DNA of 63,943 nucleotides, filler included, from Folioceros fuciformis (Eukaryota), in the NCBI GenBank assembly GCA_049999805.1. It is 8 parts of 8 records of this genome, joined end to end, with 100 filler letters (N's around TTAATTAATTAA, not from the genome) between each part and the next. Parts side by side here need not be neighbours in the genome. Positions count along the whole stretch, not along the records: positions 1 to 13,292 come from JBNGIO010005306.1; 7 more parts are not named here. The stretch is one strand, 5' to 3'. Below, one piece after another: positions 1 to 11,647 of this stretch. The notes below the pieces were generated by a model. It saw only the letters and a list, made by a program, of their open reading frames with translations, was not told the DNA's origin and ran no database searches. Within the stretch, counting starts at the first letter, position 1. Every line of letters begins with the position of its first letter. Position numbers and translations under genes: made by a program.

Positions 1-331
1 AAACCCTAAACCCTAAACCCTAAACCCTAAACCCTAAACCCTAAACCCTAAACCCTAAACCCTAAACCCTAAACCCTAAACCCTAAACCCTAAACCCTAA
101 TCCGGAACCCTAAACCCTAAACCCTAAACCCTAAACCCTAACCCTAACCCTAACCCTAAACCCATTAAACCCTTAACCCATAACCCTTAAGCCTTAACCC
201 TTAACCTATAATCCTAAAACCCTAAACCGTAAAACCCTAAACCCTAAACCCCTATACCCTACAATTCCTGAACCCGAATCCTAACCCTTCACCCTAAATC
301 CCTGAATCCTAATCCTAAATCCCTAAACCCT
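1..331 (+). repeat. Telomeric array (CCCTAAA)n with degenerate proximal variants
   Basis: Perfect CCCTAAA units from 1 to about 100, then variants (CCCTAA, CCCTTAA, TCCTAAA, CCCTGAA) to about 331. The C-rich strand at the window start indicates a left chromosome end. Confidence 0.97.
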
Positions 332-611
332 CTCTCTTTGTGTCTCTGTGTATCACAGTAGCAGAATATATCCTTAAGAACGTAACATAGTATGTCGTGA
401 AGAACGTAACATTGGCCTATTAATATTGGGATTTATACACACCACTTATCTAAGAATACTAGTGGTCATTACAACTCCATCCCTTCTTAAAAAATTTTGC
501 CATTTTGTAGGAAGCAAGAAGGATACTTACTTTCATAAGACAGTTCTAGATTTAGATTGCATCTTTCTACTTTTAGCTTTCATCTTATTTTACGATTACT
601 TTTAAGGTAGT

Positions 612-690
612 TCAAGCAACGTCCAAAGGCTAGCCAAGCACGCAACGTCCAAAGGCTAGCCAAGCAAGCAACGTTCAAAGGCTAGCCAAG
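612..690 (+). repeat. Short tandem repeat, ~27-bp unit x3
   Basis: gcaacgtccaaaggctagccaagca repeated three times with minor variation. Confidence 0.85.
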
Positions 691-765
691 TGGTGTAGGG
701 CAATAATACGGCCACATGGCAAATAAGGTGCATTGATTGATGGGCCCGCCAAATCAGGTACTATC

Positions 766-2697
766 TTACATCTTATTTAAGTGCTCGGCTTCCCTTAACT
801 GTATTTCGATGACTTTCTTAACATGGCTGATGTCCCAGCCTGTTTCTCCCCAGACCTTGGCAGCGTTGATGATGTTGCGAATCTCCCGGCCGTTGAACGG
901 ATGGCTTGCAAGCTCCGAGTAGTCGATGTCGCGGTCCGGGAACCCTACCTTGTTCAACATTTGCCTCCAGATCTGAGAACGCTGTTCTTCGTCTAGGGGA
1001 GGGTAGTATATGGACATGGTGATGCGGGAGCAGAAGGCAGCGTCGAAGCACTTGGCTCTGTTGGTGGTGAGGAACATGATGCCTGAGTAGTACTCGAGCT
1101 GGCGGAGGAAGATGCCAGTGGAAGCATTTGTGTGCGGAGAAGAGGTGGACGATCTGCTTTCCATGTAGACATCGGCTTCGTCCAAGAGGAGGATTGCTTG
1201 CCAGGTGTAGGACAACTCAAAGATGTTGAGAAGTCGTAGCTCCATGGCGATCGAGTCTGTGCTCGGCAGCTCGAAGGCGTTCACAGAGTAGAGCGGCCTG
1301 TGCAATTTCTCCGCAAGCCCCTCTGCTGTTAGGGTTTTGCCTCCCCCTGGAGGGCCATAGCACAAAATGATGAAGCCGCCACCCTTGTTGTCGATGTTGT
1401 CCACCTGCTGTACGCTCTGGATACCCACCTGCCGAACGCTCTGTTGGAACGTGCAATTGGTGGCAATTCTGAGGAGCATCTCCTTCTTCCCTTCCTCCAT
1501 CACCAGGTCTTCGAAGGGCTTGTCGGAGAAGACGATGTCGCGGAATCCGCACACATCAAAGCAACCCCACAGCTTGCGGGAGAGGGAGAACCCGTAGACG
1601 AAGGCTGGGGACTTCATGAGGCTCTCGGTGTCGGGCCTTGGAATCTTAGGACATGCGGCGGCTCCTCGAACCAGATCGCAGGGAGGCTCCGCGTACCCCA
1701 TGGGGTATCCTGGATTCATCCTGGCGAAGCTCTTGAGATCAACCATCACCCGGCCATCTCCCGGGATTTGTTCTCGTACCCAGCACCCTCCATCTAACCT
1801 CTTTTTGACTATTGAGCCCTTGTATTCCATGTAGACTGGCTGGCCTGCTTCTTTCAACATAAGCCTGTAGAACATCTCTCCCTGTTGCCGAAATCTCTCT
1901 TCCCTCTCCTTCCTGTCGGCGTCGTCGAGGTACTTCAAAGGAGCAACGTCCAATGATGAGAACGGCTGCTTATCGGTGTACTGCATTACATTTCTGCTCA
2001 CCGTGCATTCCTTGTAGCTTTGCAGATCGAAGTCCCGGACACGAATATAGATTTTGAACCACTTGGATCCTAGCTCCCCGTACTTCTTCTTCACCCGCAA
2101 GATGGTACCGGAAACATGCCGAGTTGTTAGCTCGCACTTGTAAGATACCACCTCACCGGGCGCAAGTACAGTCCAAAGGATGTCCCAGTTGATGCGCTTC
2201 TGCTCCAGCGCCTTCTGCAGCTGGAGAAGAGTGTTCTTATACTCCTCTTCCACGAACCGAACGAGGTGACTGAGATGGAGGTGGAGCTCCCCTGTTGCAG
2301 CTCTCAAAGACCGCTTCATTTCATCCCGAGCAAGGAAAAGAGTCTGCCCATCGATATCCGGCTCGTCATCAGTGTCCGCTGTAGTGTCCGGAATGAGCTT
2401 CGCCACAATGTCGATTAGACAGGGAGAGTACAGCGTGACAAAGACTCTCATATCGTCATCCCCACCATTTTCCTGAGTCACGATGAACGGTGCTCTCCAT
2501 GATGTCTCCTTGCGCTCCACAAGCCGTTTCCGGACTTTTCTGCCATTCCGCACTAGTGTCTCGTAGCGATCCCATTTCCAGTCCGGCGCTTCCAGAGCCG
2601 ACTGCAACGCGTTCAGCTTCTCTCGGTGGTCGTCGTTGTCTTCGTCGTCTTTTTCGTCGTCGTTGTCTTCGTCGTCTTCGTCGGACAATTTCTGCAA
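766..2697 (-). CDS. AAA+ ATPase, fungal-type family with long N-terminal domain; true 5' end uncertain
   Basis: Walker A GPPGGGKT, Walker B ILLLDEAD, sensor/SRH FLTTNR..FDAAFCSRI and lid FNGREIRNII. Upstream motifs are GRVMVD and VYGFSLSRKLW, plus an acidic N-terminal tract. The ORF starts at TTG next to a possible acceptor (ttgcag), so an upstream exon is likely. Confidence 0.9.
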   Translation of the reverse strand: MQKLSDEDDEDNDDEKDDEDNDDHREKLNALQSALEAPDWKWDRYETLVRNGRKVRKRLVERKETSWRAPFIVTQENGGDDDMRVFVTLYSPCLIDIVAKLIPDTTADTDDEPDIDGQTLFLARDEMKRSLRAATGELHLHLSHLVRFVEEEYKNTLLQLQKALEQKRINWDILWTVLAPGEVVSYKCELTTRHVSGTILRVKKKYGELGSKWFKIYIRVRDFDLQSYKECTVSRNVMQYTDKQPFSSLDVAPLKYLDDADRKEREERFRQQGEMFYRLMLKEAGQPVYMEYKGSIVKKRLDGGCWVREQIPGDGRVMVDLKSFARMNPGYPMGYAEPPCDLVRGAAACPKIPRPDTESLMKSPAFVYGFSLSRKLWGCFDVCGFRDIVFSDKPFEDLVMEEGKKEMLLRIATNCTFQQSVRQVGIQSVQQVDNIDNKGGGFIILCYGPPGGGKTLTAEGLAEKLHRPLYSVNAFELPSTDSIAMELRLLNIFELSYTWQAILLLDEADVYMESRSSTSSPHTNASTGIFLRQLEYYSGIMFLTTNRAKCFDAAFCSRITMSIYYPPLDEEQRSQIWRQMLNKVGFPDRDIDYSELASHPFNGREIRNIINAAKVWGETGWDISHVKKVIEIQLREAEHLNKM

Positions 2698-4241
2698 CAG
2701 CTGGCCAGTTACGCGGGTCCATCGCGATATCTCGTGTGCTACTTGTGTGAGGGCTGCTGCTCAAGCCACATGTACGACACCAGAAGAGACATCTAGGTGA
2801 GGTTAGATCAATTTGGTCACTACCGTTGTCAGTCAACTCGTAGACGACGTTGTGCAGTGCCCTGGATGTCATGTCAAGCAACACTAATCATCATCATCGG
2901 AACGTGTGAAATAGGCACCTTGAGATTGGGTTTGTAGCATATCTGGCGTTACGGAGTTGATGGTCCTGTCTCCCTAAAATAAAGCAAACGCTCGTTCAAA
3001 AAACCGTGTACTACATGTAGATGGAAGCCAGCAGGGGCACCAAAACCAGATACAAGAATGTTACCACCAACCTGGCTTCTTGAGCTACTTTCTCGGCCCC
3101 AAGAGATGTTCTTCAGTAGCTCGAAGGGGAGAAGGCCAAAGTTGCGTATCTTGCCTGCAACCGGGATCAGGCATAGCGAATTGGTAGGTTGAGACCTCCT
3201 TCTGTCACACATCAATTACTTGTAACGAATCAATTACAAGGTGAAAGTTGGGGATGAAGACATGTTTATTCATCACCTGATTTAACCAACCTTGTGAGTT
3301 GGGGTTGTCGAAGTTGGAAGAGCCCCCATGTTGTCAGCCACACGCTTGCCATCACCAGTGTTTGGAGCAGTCCCTTGGAAAACGTAAGCTCATACAGCAC
3401 GAGCACAATGGATCCAATAATAGCATACGATAGAAATGGCCAGTTCAGAGACGTAACGTTTTCTGTCACAATGCAGTAGACTCGACTTTGTAAGCAAGTT
3501 TGAATTTCATCAGTTCAGGGTTCAAGTACTACTCCACGTTGTCACCCGCCCACCCAGTTAGTTGCAACTAAACCCTAAAGCCGCAAACCGAGCCTACCTT
3601 GCTTCCATTTCAGAAGCAGAAGCATGGTCCTAGAAGTTGGCAAAACAGTTTACCGATGTCGCTCAAACGGATTGCCTCACTCCGGAAAAATGTTGGTTTT
3701 CTTGTTTCGCCAATAGGCACCGTTTTGGTAGCGTATATCCATATGTCCACTGCTACATCCGTGAGCGCGAGCTCAGAGGGTAGCATTGCAACTCCCCGCT
3801 CCACGCCTGCCACAATCTATGGGATGCAGCCCAAATCCATGCTCATCATCTTGAAAGAGACTCTCTGTCCGGGCTTATAAAAAATACACAGTGGTCACCA
3901 TGATTATGAATAATGACGATGGAGGCACCTCACCTCATGCTCGTCCCATGTCACATCTAATGCATGCTTTCGTTCAGCTGTTGCTGCATATACACAGACT
4001 GGCCCCTCGCCCTCGCCCTGCACTTTGAGATGTAATCCACATATACTTATCTTGTCTACAAGTGACATGCAACAACGAGGTGATTTTCACGTTCGGCCGC
4101 AAGTCAAAGCACTTCTTAACACATCAACAACAGCAAGAAAACAATCAAAAAAAAATTTGAACGCTACGCCTTAACGAATCTTACCAGAGGTAATACGAGT
4201 GCACATGACAAGAGTGGGAAGATTCTTCTCCATGAAACGCT

Positions 4242-5207
4242 CTAGTCGATTCGTACCTGGAACCTCAAACACCTACAACGATAAACAATCCCTCCATCTC
4301 TCCCATTCCATACAGTCAACGAAATTGAAGGTGTACAGTACAACGATTTCATACCTTGGTCAAAAACCCCCCAGTGCCCTAGCTGAATGGTGCAACTCTC
4401 AGACAAGTTGAGAGAAGCCAGGTTTTGAAGCAACCGGTGGAGTCTGCCAACCAATTCCCCTTTCTCAACCGAAATGCTGGTTTTGAAAATGTGGGATCCC
4501 GAAATTTCAATTACATGCTCGTTAGGCATGGCGTTCCTCAGCTGTTGCACCTCAGATTTCGAGAGATCTTTATCAACTACCACAATCATATCGATGTCCT
4601 CAACCGTGCTGACCGTGGCGCAATTCTTCGGTACATCATTTTCAGCCGCCCTCTCTTCAGTGCTCTCGCCATCGCAATCGATAGAGTCGTGAGGGGCACG
4701 AGGAAGCTTCCCCTTCCCACTCACACCATTCGAATCCGTTGGCCTTCGACCTCGATTCACAACAGATCCAGAGTCCGCAGTAGCTCCACTATCGGCCTCC
4801 GTCTGCATCTGCTTCTTCGCCTCCTCCTCCAGCCATTTATTTACACGATCTAGACAGGTTTGCTGCTCCGCCAGCTGTCGACGCGTCCTTTCCCGTTCCT
4901 CCTCCCCATCCCGTTTCAAATTCCGGCAGAGACACGCCTTAGCAACCAGTGCAACCAGTGCAACCAAACATTGCGATGCCAGGTTCAAAATCACCTGGCC
5001 AACCCATTGGCTAATTAGGAAGTTGTTCACCACCGCATATAGTGGTTCCTTGTTCACTACTCTCTCGGTCTCCGTGGATGGGGTCTCCATCGATGGACTC
5101 TCCTTGAGTACCTGTCTTCGAATTGAAGGGACTTCGCTCAAACCAAGTCGCCTGAAGTCCTTCCAATCGCCACACCCACAGCTGCCATCCGTCCAGGGTG
5201 CCTCCAC
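4242..5207 (-). CDS. Uncharacterised ORF with a hydrophobic segment and a coiled-coil; probably one exon of a spliced gene or pseudogene
   Basis: A 321-codon open frame (first ATG gives METPSTE...) with hydrophobic QVILNLASQCLVALVALVAKACL followed by an E/R/Q-rich helix. GT-AG-like signals lie near 4354 and 4180. No family recognised. Confidence 0.4.
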   Translation of the reverse strand: MEAPWTDGSCGCGDWKDFRRLGLSEVPSIRRQVLKESPSMETPSTETERVVNKEPLYAVVNNFLISQWVGQVILNLASQCLVALVALVAKACLCRNLKRDGEEERERTRRQLAEQQTCLDRVNKWLEEEAKKQMQTEADSGATADSGSVVNRGRRPTDSNGVSGKGKLPRAPHDSIDCDGESTEERAAENDVPKNCATVSTVEDIDMIVVVDKDLSKSEVQQLRNAMPNEHVIEISGSHIFKTSISVEKGELVGRLHRLLQNLASLNLSESCTIQLGHWGVFDQGMKSLYCTPSISLTVWNGRDGGIVYRCRCLRFQVRID

Positions 5208-5327
5208 CCTCTCCTCTTGCGATGTCTAAGGCGGTGTCCTCGCCGATTTCACTTTCAGGCGATTCATGATGGCGGGTGTTATCAACCAGAAGTGCGCACA
5301 CAGGCTGGAGTGTGACGCGATTGTTGA

Positions 5328-5870
5328 GGTTGAAGCTAAGCGACCGGGGCAGTTTCCTCCACCTTTCTTCTTCATTGACGCCGACCATATTGGGAAGAAC
5401 CAATTCAATAATCCGTTGTGGTCGGGAGTTCTACTTGTACAGTCCACCCTCCCTAAATGTTACCTGTTTGTTGGGAGTATGGCATTGGGTAACATTTACG
5501 GAGGTGTAACAATTAGAGAATTCAAGTATTTATTAAAAATAAATAAATAATTTATTTAATATTAAATATATCGCATAAATATTATAACGCCGACCATATT
5601 GGGAAGAACCAATTCAATAATCGGTTGTTGTCGGGAGTTCTACTTGTATGACCCCCGAGCAAACACGCGCCGAGTCTGACAACGTTGTCACAGGGCCCAC
5701 CACTATACAGTACAACGCGCAAGAATTCATCAAGCTTCTACACTCTTGTAGCTGAACTTAAAAGCGTAACAGGATTCTTGACGTTGAAGCTAAGCTATCG
5801 GGGCAGTTTCCTCGACCTTCATCATCCACCGTATTGTGAAGAACCAATTCAATAATCGGTTGTGGCAGGG
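5328..5870 (+). repeat. Three dispersed copies of a ~60-110 bp sequence
   Basis: The core gaagaaccaattcaataatc(c/g)gttgt occurs at ~5394, ~5603 and ~5838. The flank gttgaagctaagc...ggggcagtttcctc is shared by copies 1 and 3. Confidence 0.85.
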
Positions 5871-6924
5871 AATGTGGCATGCCAAAGAGCACGCATCACC
5901 TCTCTACATTAATACAAAAGAGAACACCCTACGTCTGGCTCCTTTTGGTGCGAGGACCAATCAAATCCTCTTCGTCAAGAGAAAAAATTGCTTACTTGCA
6001 GGGTGATTGAATAGATGCCCACAAACTCGGCCACACTCAACATTTCCCCTCCATTTCAGCCGTGCTTGGCACCATGAACTCCGCCGCACCGATCCATCTA
6101 CCTCCCCTCTGCACCAGCACGTACAGGCACGATGTGGTCATAGAGAATCCTCTGGAGATTGGTGTTGGAGCCCGGAAAAGCTTGGTCTTTCATAAACCCG
6201 AGGGGGAATTTGAGCTATTTTCCGACCTACAGAATGCAGAATGGCTATGCAGCATAAGGTTTGGTTACCACCACCACTCTTTCCCCACGCCCCCTCCCCG
6301 CTGATCTGTTCCGACACAAGGATGGTATACTCCGCTCCAAGCTCCCTGTCTCTCACTCCCCTTCCTCCCCCTTCGTTCCTTCCCCATCCCCGCGGTCCGA
6401 AGGCAACTCGGGCACACGTGCCAAACGTGTGAACATTCTCGACCTCCCGGACCACTGAAGTCACTAGGGGGTAAGGCCAGTTCGCCGGAAAGTCCTCCAC
6501 CCCGTCTCCCCCATACTTTCCTCCCACTCTGACTGGGACACGCAAGGTACCTGTGACTACAAACATGACTGGAAAAACATCTTCAAAGCCTTAGTGCTTG
6601 CAAGTGTGTTGGATATCCATAAAGGCATGTACTCTAAGCTCACACACATCCATGGTATGTGGCAATCAACTCACGTGACGTGACTTGATGTGGTGGTGAC
6701 GCGAACCTTCTAGGCTTTGTGTGGCAAGTGGTAAAATATCCCACATTGAAGAACTATCTAACAAGCACAGCATTTTGGTATAAAATGACCGGGATCTTCA
6801 ACTAGATTATTTGTTGAAGTAGGTTAGATGGTGAACAATGTACAGCAAGGCTAAGGGTGGCTTGGGTAGCCTATACCAACAATTTTAAGTAGGATGGAGG
6901 CATCCGGGTGTAGAATGAAGAGGC

Positions 6925-7541
6925 TTACCAATCAATCAAGTGGCCACATCAAAACATTTGCCCTACCAATCGAGAGGCCACATATCAAAACATTTGCCCT
7001 ACCAATCGAGAGGCCACATATCAAACATTTGCCCTACCAATGGAGAGGCCACATATCAAAACATGTGCCCTACAAATCGAGAGGCCACATGTCAAAACAT
7101 CTGCCCTACCACATCTCAAAACATCTGCCCTACCACATATCAAAACATCTGCCCTACCAATCGGGAGGCCACATCAAAACATTTGCCCTACCAATCGAGA
7201 GGCCAAATATCAAAACATCTGCCTTACCAAAACATCTACCCNNNNNNNNNNNNNNNNNNNNNNNNNNNNNNNNNNNNNNNNNNNNNNNNNNNNNNNNNNN
7301 NNNNNNNNNNNNNNNNNNNNNNNNNNNNNNNNNNNNNNNNNACCAATCGGGAGGTTACATATCAACACATTTGCCTTACCAATCGAGAGGCCACATCAAA
7401 ACATGTGCCCTACCAATAGAGAGGCCACATATCAAAACATCTGCCTTACCAAAACATCTACCCTACCAATCGAGAGGCCACATATCAACACATTTGCCTT
7501 ACCAATCAAGAGGCCACATATCAAAACATCTGCCTTACCAA
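6925..7541 (+). repeat. Minisatellite, ~36-bp unit (ccctaccaatcgagaggccacatatcaaaacatttg), with an internal N gap
   Basis: More than ten direct copies with 34-36 bp length variants; explains the repetitive ORFs in three frames. Confidence 0.95.
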
Positions 7542-7819
7542 TTGCAAGAAACAGGCATTGTATTTGTTGCGGAAGGCTATATTCTAAATGCTACAAATGT
7601 AGTAGCTTCTTAATCTTTGACAAGGTTGGATCCCTAAATGTAATAATTATAACATAAAATATATGTATAAAGAAGTAACATAGAAAGATGGAAAGGGCTC
7701 CCCTCATTATCCATGGGTTTCTTTCATCGTGTGCAAGGTAGGCAAACACGAGTCACGGTTGGTAGATCTTACTTGGAGCAATTTCAATATCCATTTTTAA
7801 TCATGTTTCCCCAAAATTG

Positions 7820-8068
7820 CACTCGCTAGACATCTCTGTTTTTAAACTAATCATGTATTTTTTTCAATTAAATAATAAAGAATTCATGGTGGTTGCCACC
7901 ATTTCCTATTCAATAAATTATTTTGTTTTTTTCTTTTAAAATACACTGGGCTCACTAGATATCTCTGTTTTTAAACTAATCATGTTTTTTCAATTAAATA
8001 ATAAAGAATTCACGGTGGTTGCCACCATTTACCTATTCAAAAAACTATTTTGTTTTTTTCTTTAAAAA
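7820..8068 (+). repeat. AT-rich direct duplication of ~130 bp
   Basis: atctctgtttttaaactaatcatg...aattaaataataaagaattca..gtggttgccaccattt occurs twice. Confidence 0.85.
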
Positions 8069-8149
8069 GTGCAGTAGTAAATCCACGCACTCACTTGACA
8101 ATAAACCCTAAACAAATATTGATTTTTGACTCATTGGTGTTTTAAAATA

Positions 8150-11100
8150 CAGAAGGCACTAGGCTACGACATCTTGCTGGGCAAGACTTGGCTGTATGGA
8201 TCGAGGTGCAGGCTGTCATGGGGAAGGAAGGAGGTGGCTTTCAAACCACTTGAATGGAACCCCAAGACAAAGGAGGGTAGGATTTGTTTGAGCTGGAGCC
8301 GGGATGTCTACCTCGTTGAGACCCCAACGGACGCGGAGGGGTACACGTCTGTGGGGGACACAACTGATTTGGAGGAGGGGGAAGGGGAAGATAAATTCCC
8401 TTTTCCCCACATATCATGGACAGATGAAGAGGAGGACTACCGAAGGGATATTCCTTATACCCTGAACCGGGTCGAGTGTTTCGGGATCACCTTGGACTGC
8501 AACATGGTAGGGGCTGAAGCAGCAAACATGGAAGGACAGGCTGCTAGAGTTGCTGAAGGGAAGGGCCAGGAAAAAGCCTCCCATGCCAAGAGGGGTGTGA
8601 AGGAAGGTGAGATGAGGAAAGGGGGCTGTGACCCAAGGTCTGAAGGGCCTGCTGGTGAGGATACAGAGGTCACTAGATTCACCTCTGAAGACCTATTCAG
8701 GGAATGGGGAATGAGGGAGAAAGATCCCCGAGAGACGGAAGAAGGGTTTGGAGTCAGCTCTGCACCCGTGCAGCGTGAATGGGTGCAGGCTGATGAAATT
8801 AAGGATGTAGAGGTGTTGCCGGGCAATGTGCTGAAGTTTTCCAAATAGCTGGATGCCAAATTGGAGGAGGGAATGAAGCAACTCCTGGCTGAGTTTATCG
8901 ATGTGTTTGCCTTTGAGGTGACAGACATGAAGGGAATTCCCAAAGAGTGGGGGGAGCACAAGATCGACTTGGAGCCAGGCGCTGTTCCCGTTCGAATTCC
9001 ACAATACAAGCTGAATCCAAAATACTCCATGAAGGTAAAGGAACAACTGGAGCAATACTTGAAGGCAGATGTGATTTTTCCAATTGTGAACTCAGATTGG
9101 GTGGCCCCAATCGTGGTGGTGCCCAAGAAACAGCAAGGGAAGATCCAAGTGTGCCAAGACTGGAGAAGGCTGAACAAAGCCACCAAGAAGGATCATTTCC
9201 CCTTGCCATTCATTGACAACATTTTGGATTTGGTGGCTGGCCGCATGATTTACTCCTTTTTGGATGGCTATTCTGGTTACAATCAGCCGTCCCTCAGGGA
9301 GAGTGACTGGCCATTGACAGCCTTCACAACTGATTGGGGGACATTCGCCTACAAGAGGAGTGCTTTTGGGCTGACAAGAGCACCGGGGTCCTTTATGCAC
9401 AGCATATACAAGATCTTCAAGGATTTCCTCCACAAGTTCCTAAAGGTGTTCATAGACGATTTTTGTGTGTCTGGAGGGGTGGAGCAGCATCTGGAGCACC
9501 TAAGGCTGTGCTTGGCCAGGTGCCGTGAGACGCAACTTTGTTTGCATCCAGAGAAATGCTATTTTGGCATGGCTGAAGGGATCTTGCTAGGTCACAGAAT
9601 TTCAGCAAGGGGCATTGAAGTGGACAAGGTGAAGGTGATTGCTACCTTGAGGGCCCCAGCCACACTGAAGGAGCTGCGTGGATTCCTTGGGATGGTGGGA
9701 TACTACCGCCGATTCGTGCCAAATTTTGCTAGACGGGCTGCACCTTTGACGGGCCTATTGAGGAAGGAGCAATCTTGGGAGTGGACAGCGGCGAGGGAGG
9801 CTGCATTTCAGGACTTGAGGACCACTCTTGTGATAGCACCAACACTCAAGGGGCTTGATTGGGACAAGAAATTCCATGTGTACGTGGATGTTTCAGCCTT
9901 TGCTATTGGGAAAGTCCTTAGCCAACGGGATGAGAAGGGGAGGGACTACCCAATCTACTATGCTGGACGTCAACTTACGGAGGCTGAACACAAGTACACC
10001 ACAATCGAGAGGGAGGCACTTGGCATGGTCTACTCTTGTCATAAATTCCGCCACTACCTCCTCTCCTATGAGTTTGTCTTCCATGTTGATCATTTTGCTC
10101 TCAAGCACCTGGTCAACAAGGCAGACCTATTGGGCCGCATAGCTCGCTGGATCTTGCTCTTGCAGGAGTTCACATTCATCGTGGAAACAGGGGAAGGGCG
10201 CAGGCATGTGAATGCTGATTTTCTATCCAGGCTGAAAATGAGGAATGTGGTTCAGGACCAAGAAGATGATTTTCCGGATGAGACATTTTCAGCAGACCTA
10301 GTGGAGAAGGAGAGGGCCAAACCAAATGTTAGGTTGCCAAGAGGTGAAGGTGCACCACCAAATGAGAAGGGGAGAAGAGGGTCCCGTAAGCCTTCCTACC
10401 AAGAGGTGTCTGATTTTTTAGGCACGGGGGAATTTCCAGTTGATCTCACATGGCAGCAGCAGCGGCTGTTCTTGTACTTCACAAGGCTGGTGGTTAAGTA
10501 CAAGGGCAAGCTGTATCGCACAGGAGCTGATGGCGTGGAGAGGTTGTGGGTCAAACCTGGCCAAGTGGAGCAAGTTATCAGCTCCCTACATGAGGGAGAG
10601 GCTGGAGGCCATTATGCAGCCCATGTGACCTGTAGAAAAATTTTGGCAGCAAGGTATTGGTGGCCAACAATGCATGCTGATGCTGGAGAATTCATCAAGA
10701 GGTGTGATGCATGCCAAAGGGTGGGGAAGCCTACTAGGACCACACAATGGCCATTGGTCCCCATCCTAGCCCTAGCACCATTTGAGAAGTGGGGGATTGA
10801 TTTTGTAGGACCAATTCAGCCCAAGTCTAAGGGAAGGCAGAACCAATACATCCTGGTGGCAACTGACTGCTGCACACGCATGGTGGAGGCCCAAGCTTTG
10901 CTAGTGGACACAGCAAATGTGGTGGCCCGATTTTTGTTTGAGCAAATCATCACAAGGTATGGGTGCCTGTTGGAGCTGGTAAGTGATAGGGGGACTCACT
11001 TCATCAATGAAATAGTCAAGCACATGACTGAATATTTCAATATCAGTCATAGGAAGACCACTCCCTACAACCCTAAGGCCAATGGACTCACGGAGAAGGC

Positions 11101-11647
11101 TAATGGGCTGTTGTGCGAGATTCTCGGCAAGCTCACCGTCACCTATGCTCATGATTGGGATAGGAAGCTCCATTCAACCTTGTGGGCGTATAGGACTACT
11201 GAGAAGGTTACTGCCCAGCAAACCCCTTATTACCTCACCTCTGGACACTCATCGATCATGCCCATCGTATTTGAGGTACCTACCTTGAGAATGCAGGAGA
11301 GCAATCGATTGCCCGTGGAGGAGAGCCAGCTAGAGAGGCTAACCAGTTTTGTGCAGCATGATGAGAATAGGGAACGGGCCTTGGCTGTTTTCCTTGATGT
11401 TCAGGAGAGGAGGAAGAAGTGGCACGACCAGAAGTTGCGTAAACAAGAATATGTTGTGCCTGGAGATTTAGCCTTGTTATATGACAATAGGTACATGCAC
11501 TTTCCAGGTAAGCTGCACTTGAGATGGATGGGACCTTACAAGATGCTGGAAGTGTATGAGAATGGGTCCATCCAACTGCAGCACCATAACAGCCCTAACT
11601 TGCCAACTAGGGTTAATGGCTGGCGGGTGAAGAAATATTATCAGTAG
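8150..11647 (+). mobile_element. Ty3/Gypsy non-chromovirus pol (protease C-terminus, RT, RNase H, integrase); 5' truncated, one in-frame stop
   Basis: Protease end YDILLGKTWL; RT FLDGYSGYNQ and FIDD; RH VYVDVS and EREAL; INT HHCC (H-x6-H...CDAC), WGIDFVGP, SDRG, GLTE; ends RVNGWRVKKY with no chromodomain. TAG at 8846-8848 replaces the Tyr seen in the related copy (SKYL). Confidence 0.95.

Noticed and set aside
2456-2884. Arg-rich ORF resembling a second protamine
   Set aside because: Frame-shifted shadow of the GAC/GAA acidic tract of the AAA ATPase.
6894-7657. Repetitive ORFs (HISKHLPYQ, ALPIERPHIKT) and a CRISPR-like periodic appearance
   Set aside because: Head-to-tail minisatellite with no unique spacers. 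It is open in all three frames because the unit lacks stops, and there are no cas genes in this eukaryotic context.
8846-8848. Possible programmed stop-codon readthrough in Gypsy pol
   Set aside because: The related element has Tyr here (SKYL) and the stop lies after the protease, so it is a simple nonsense mutation.
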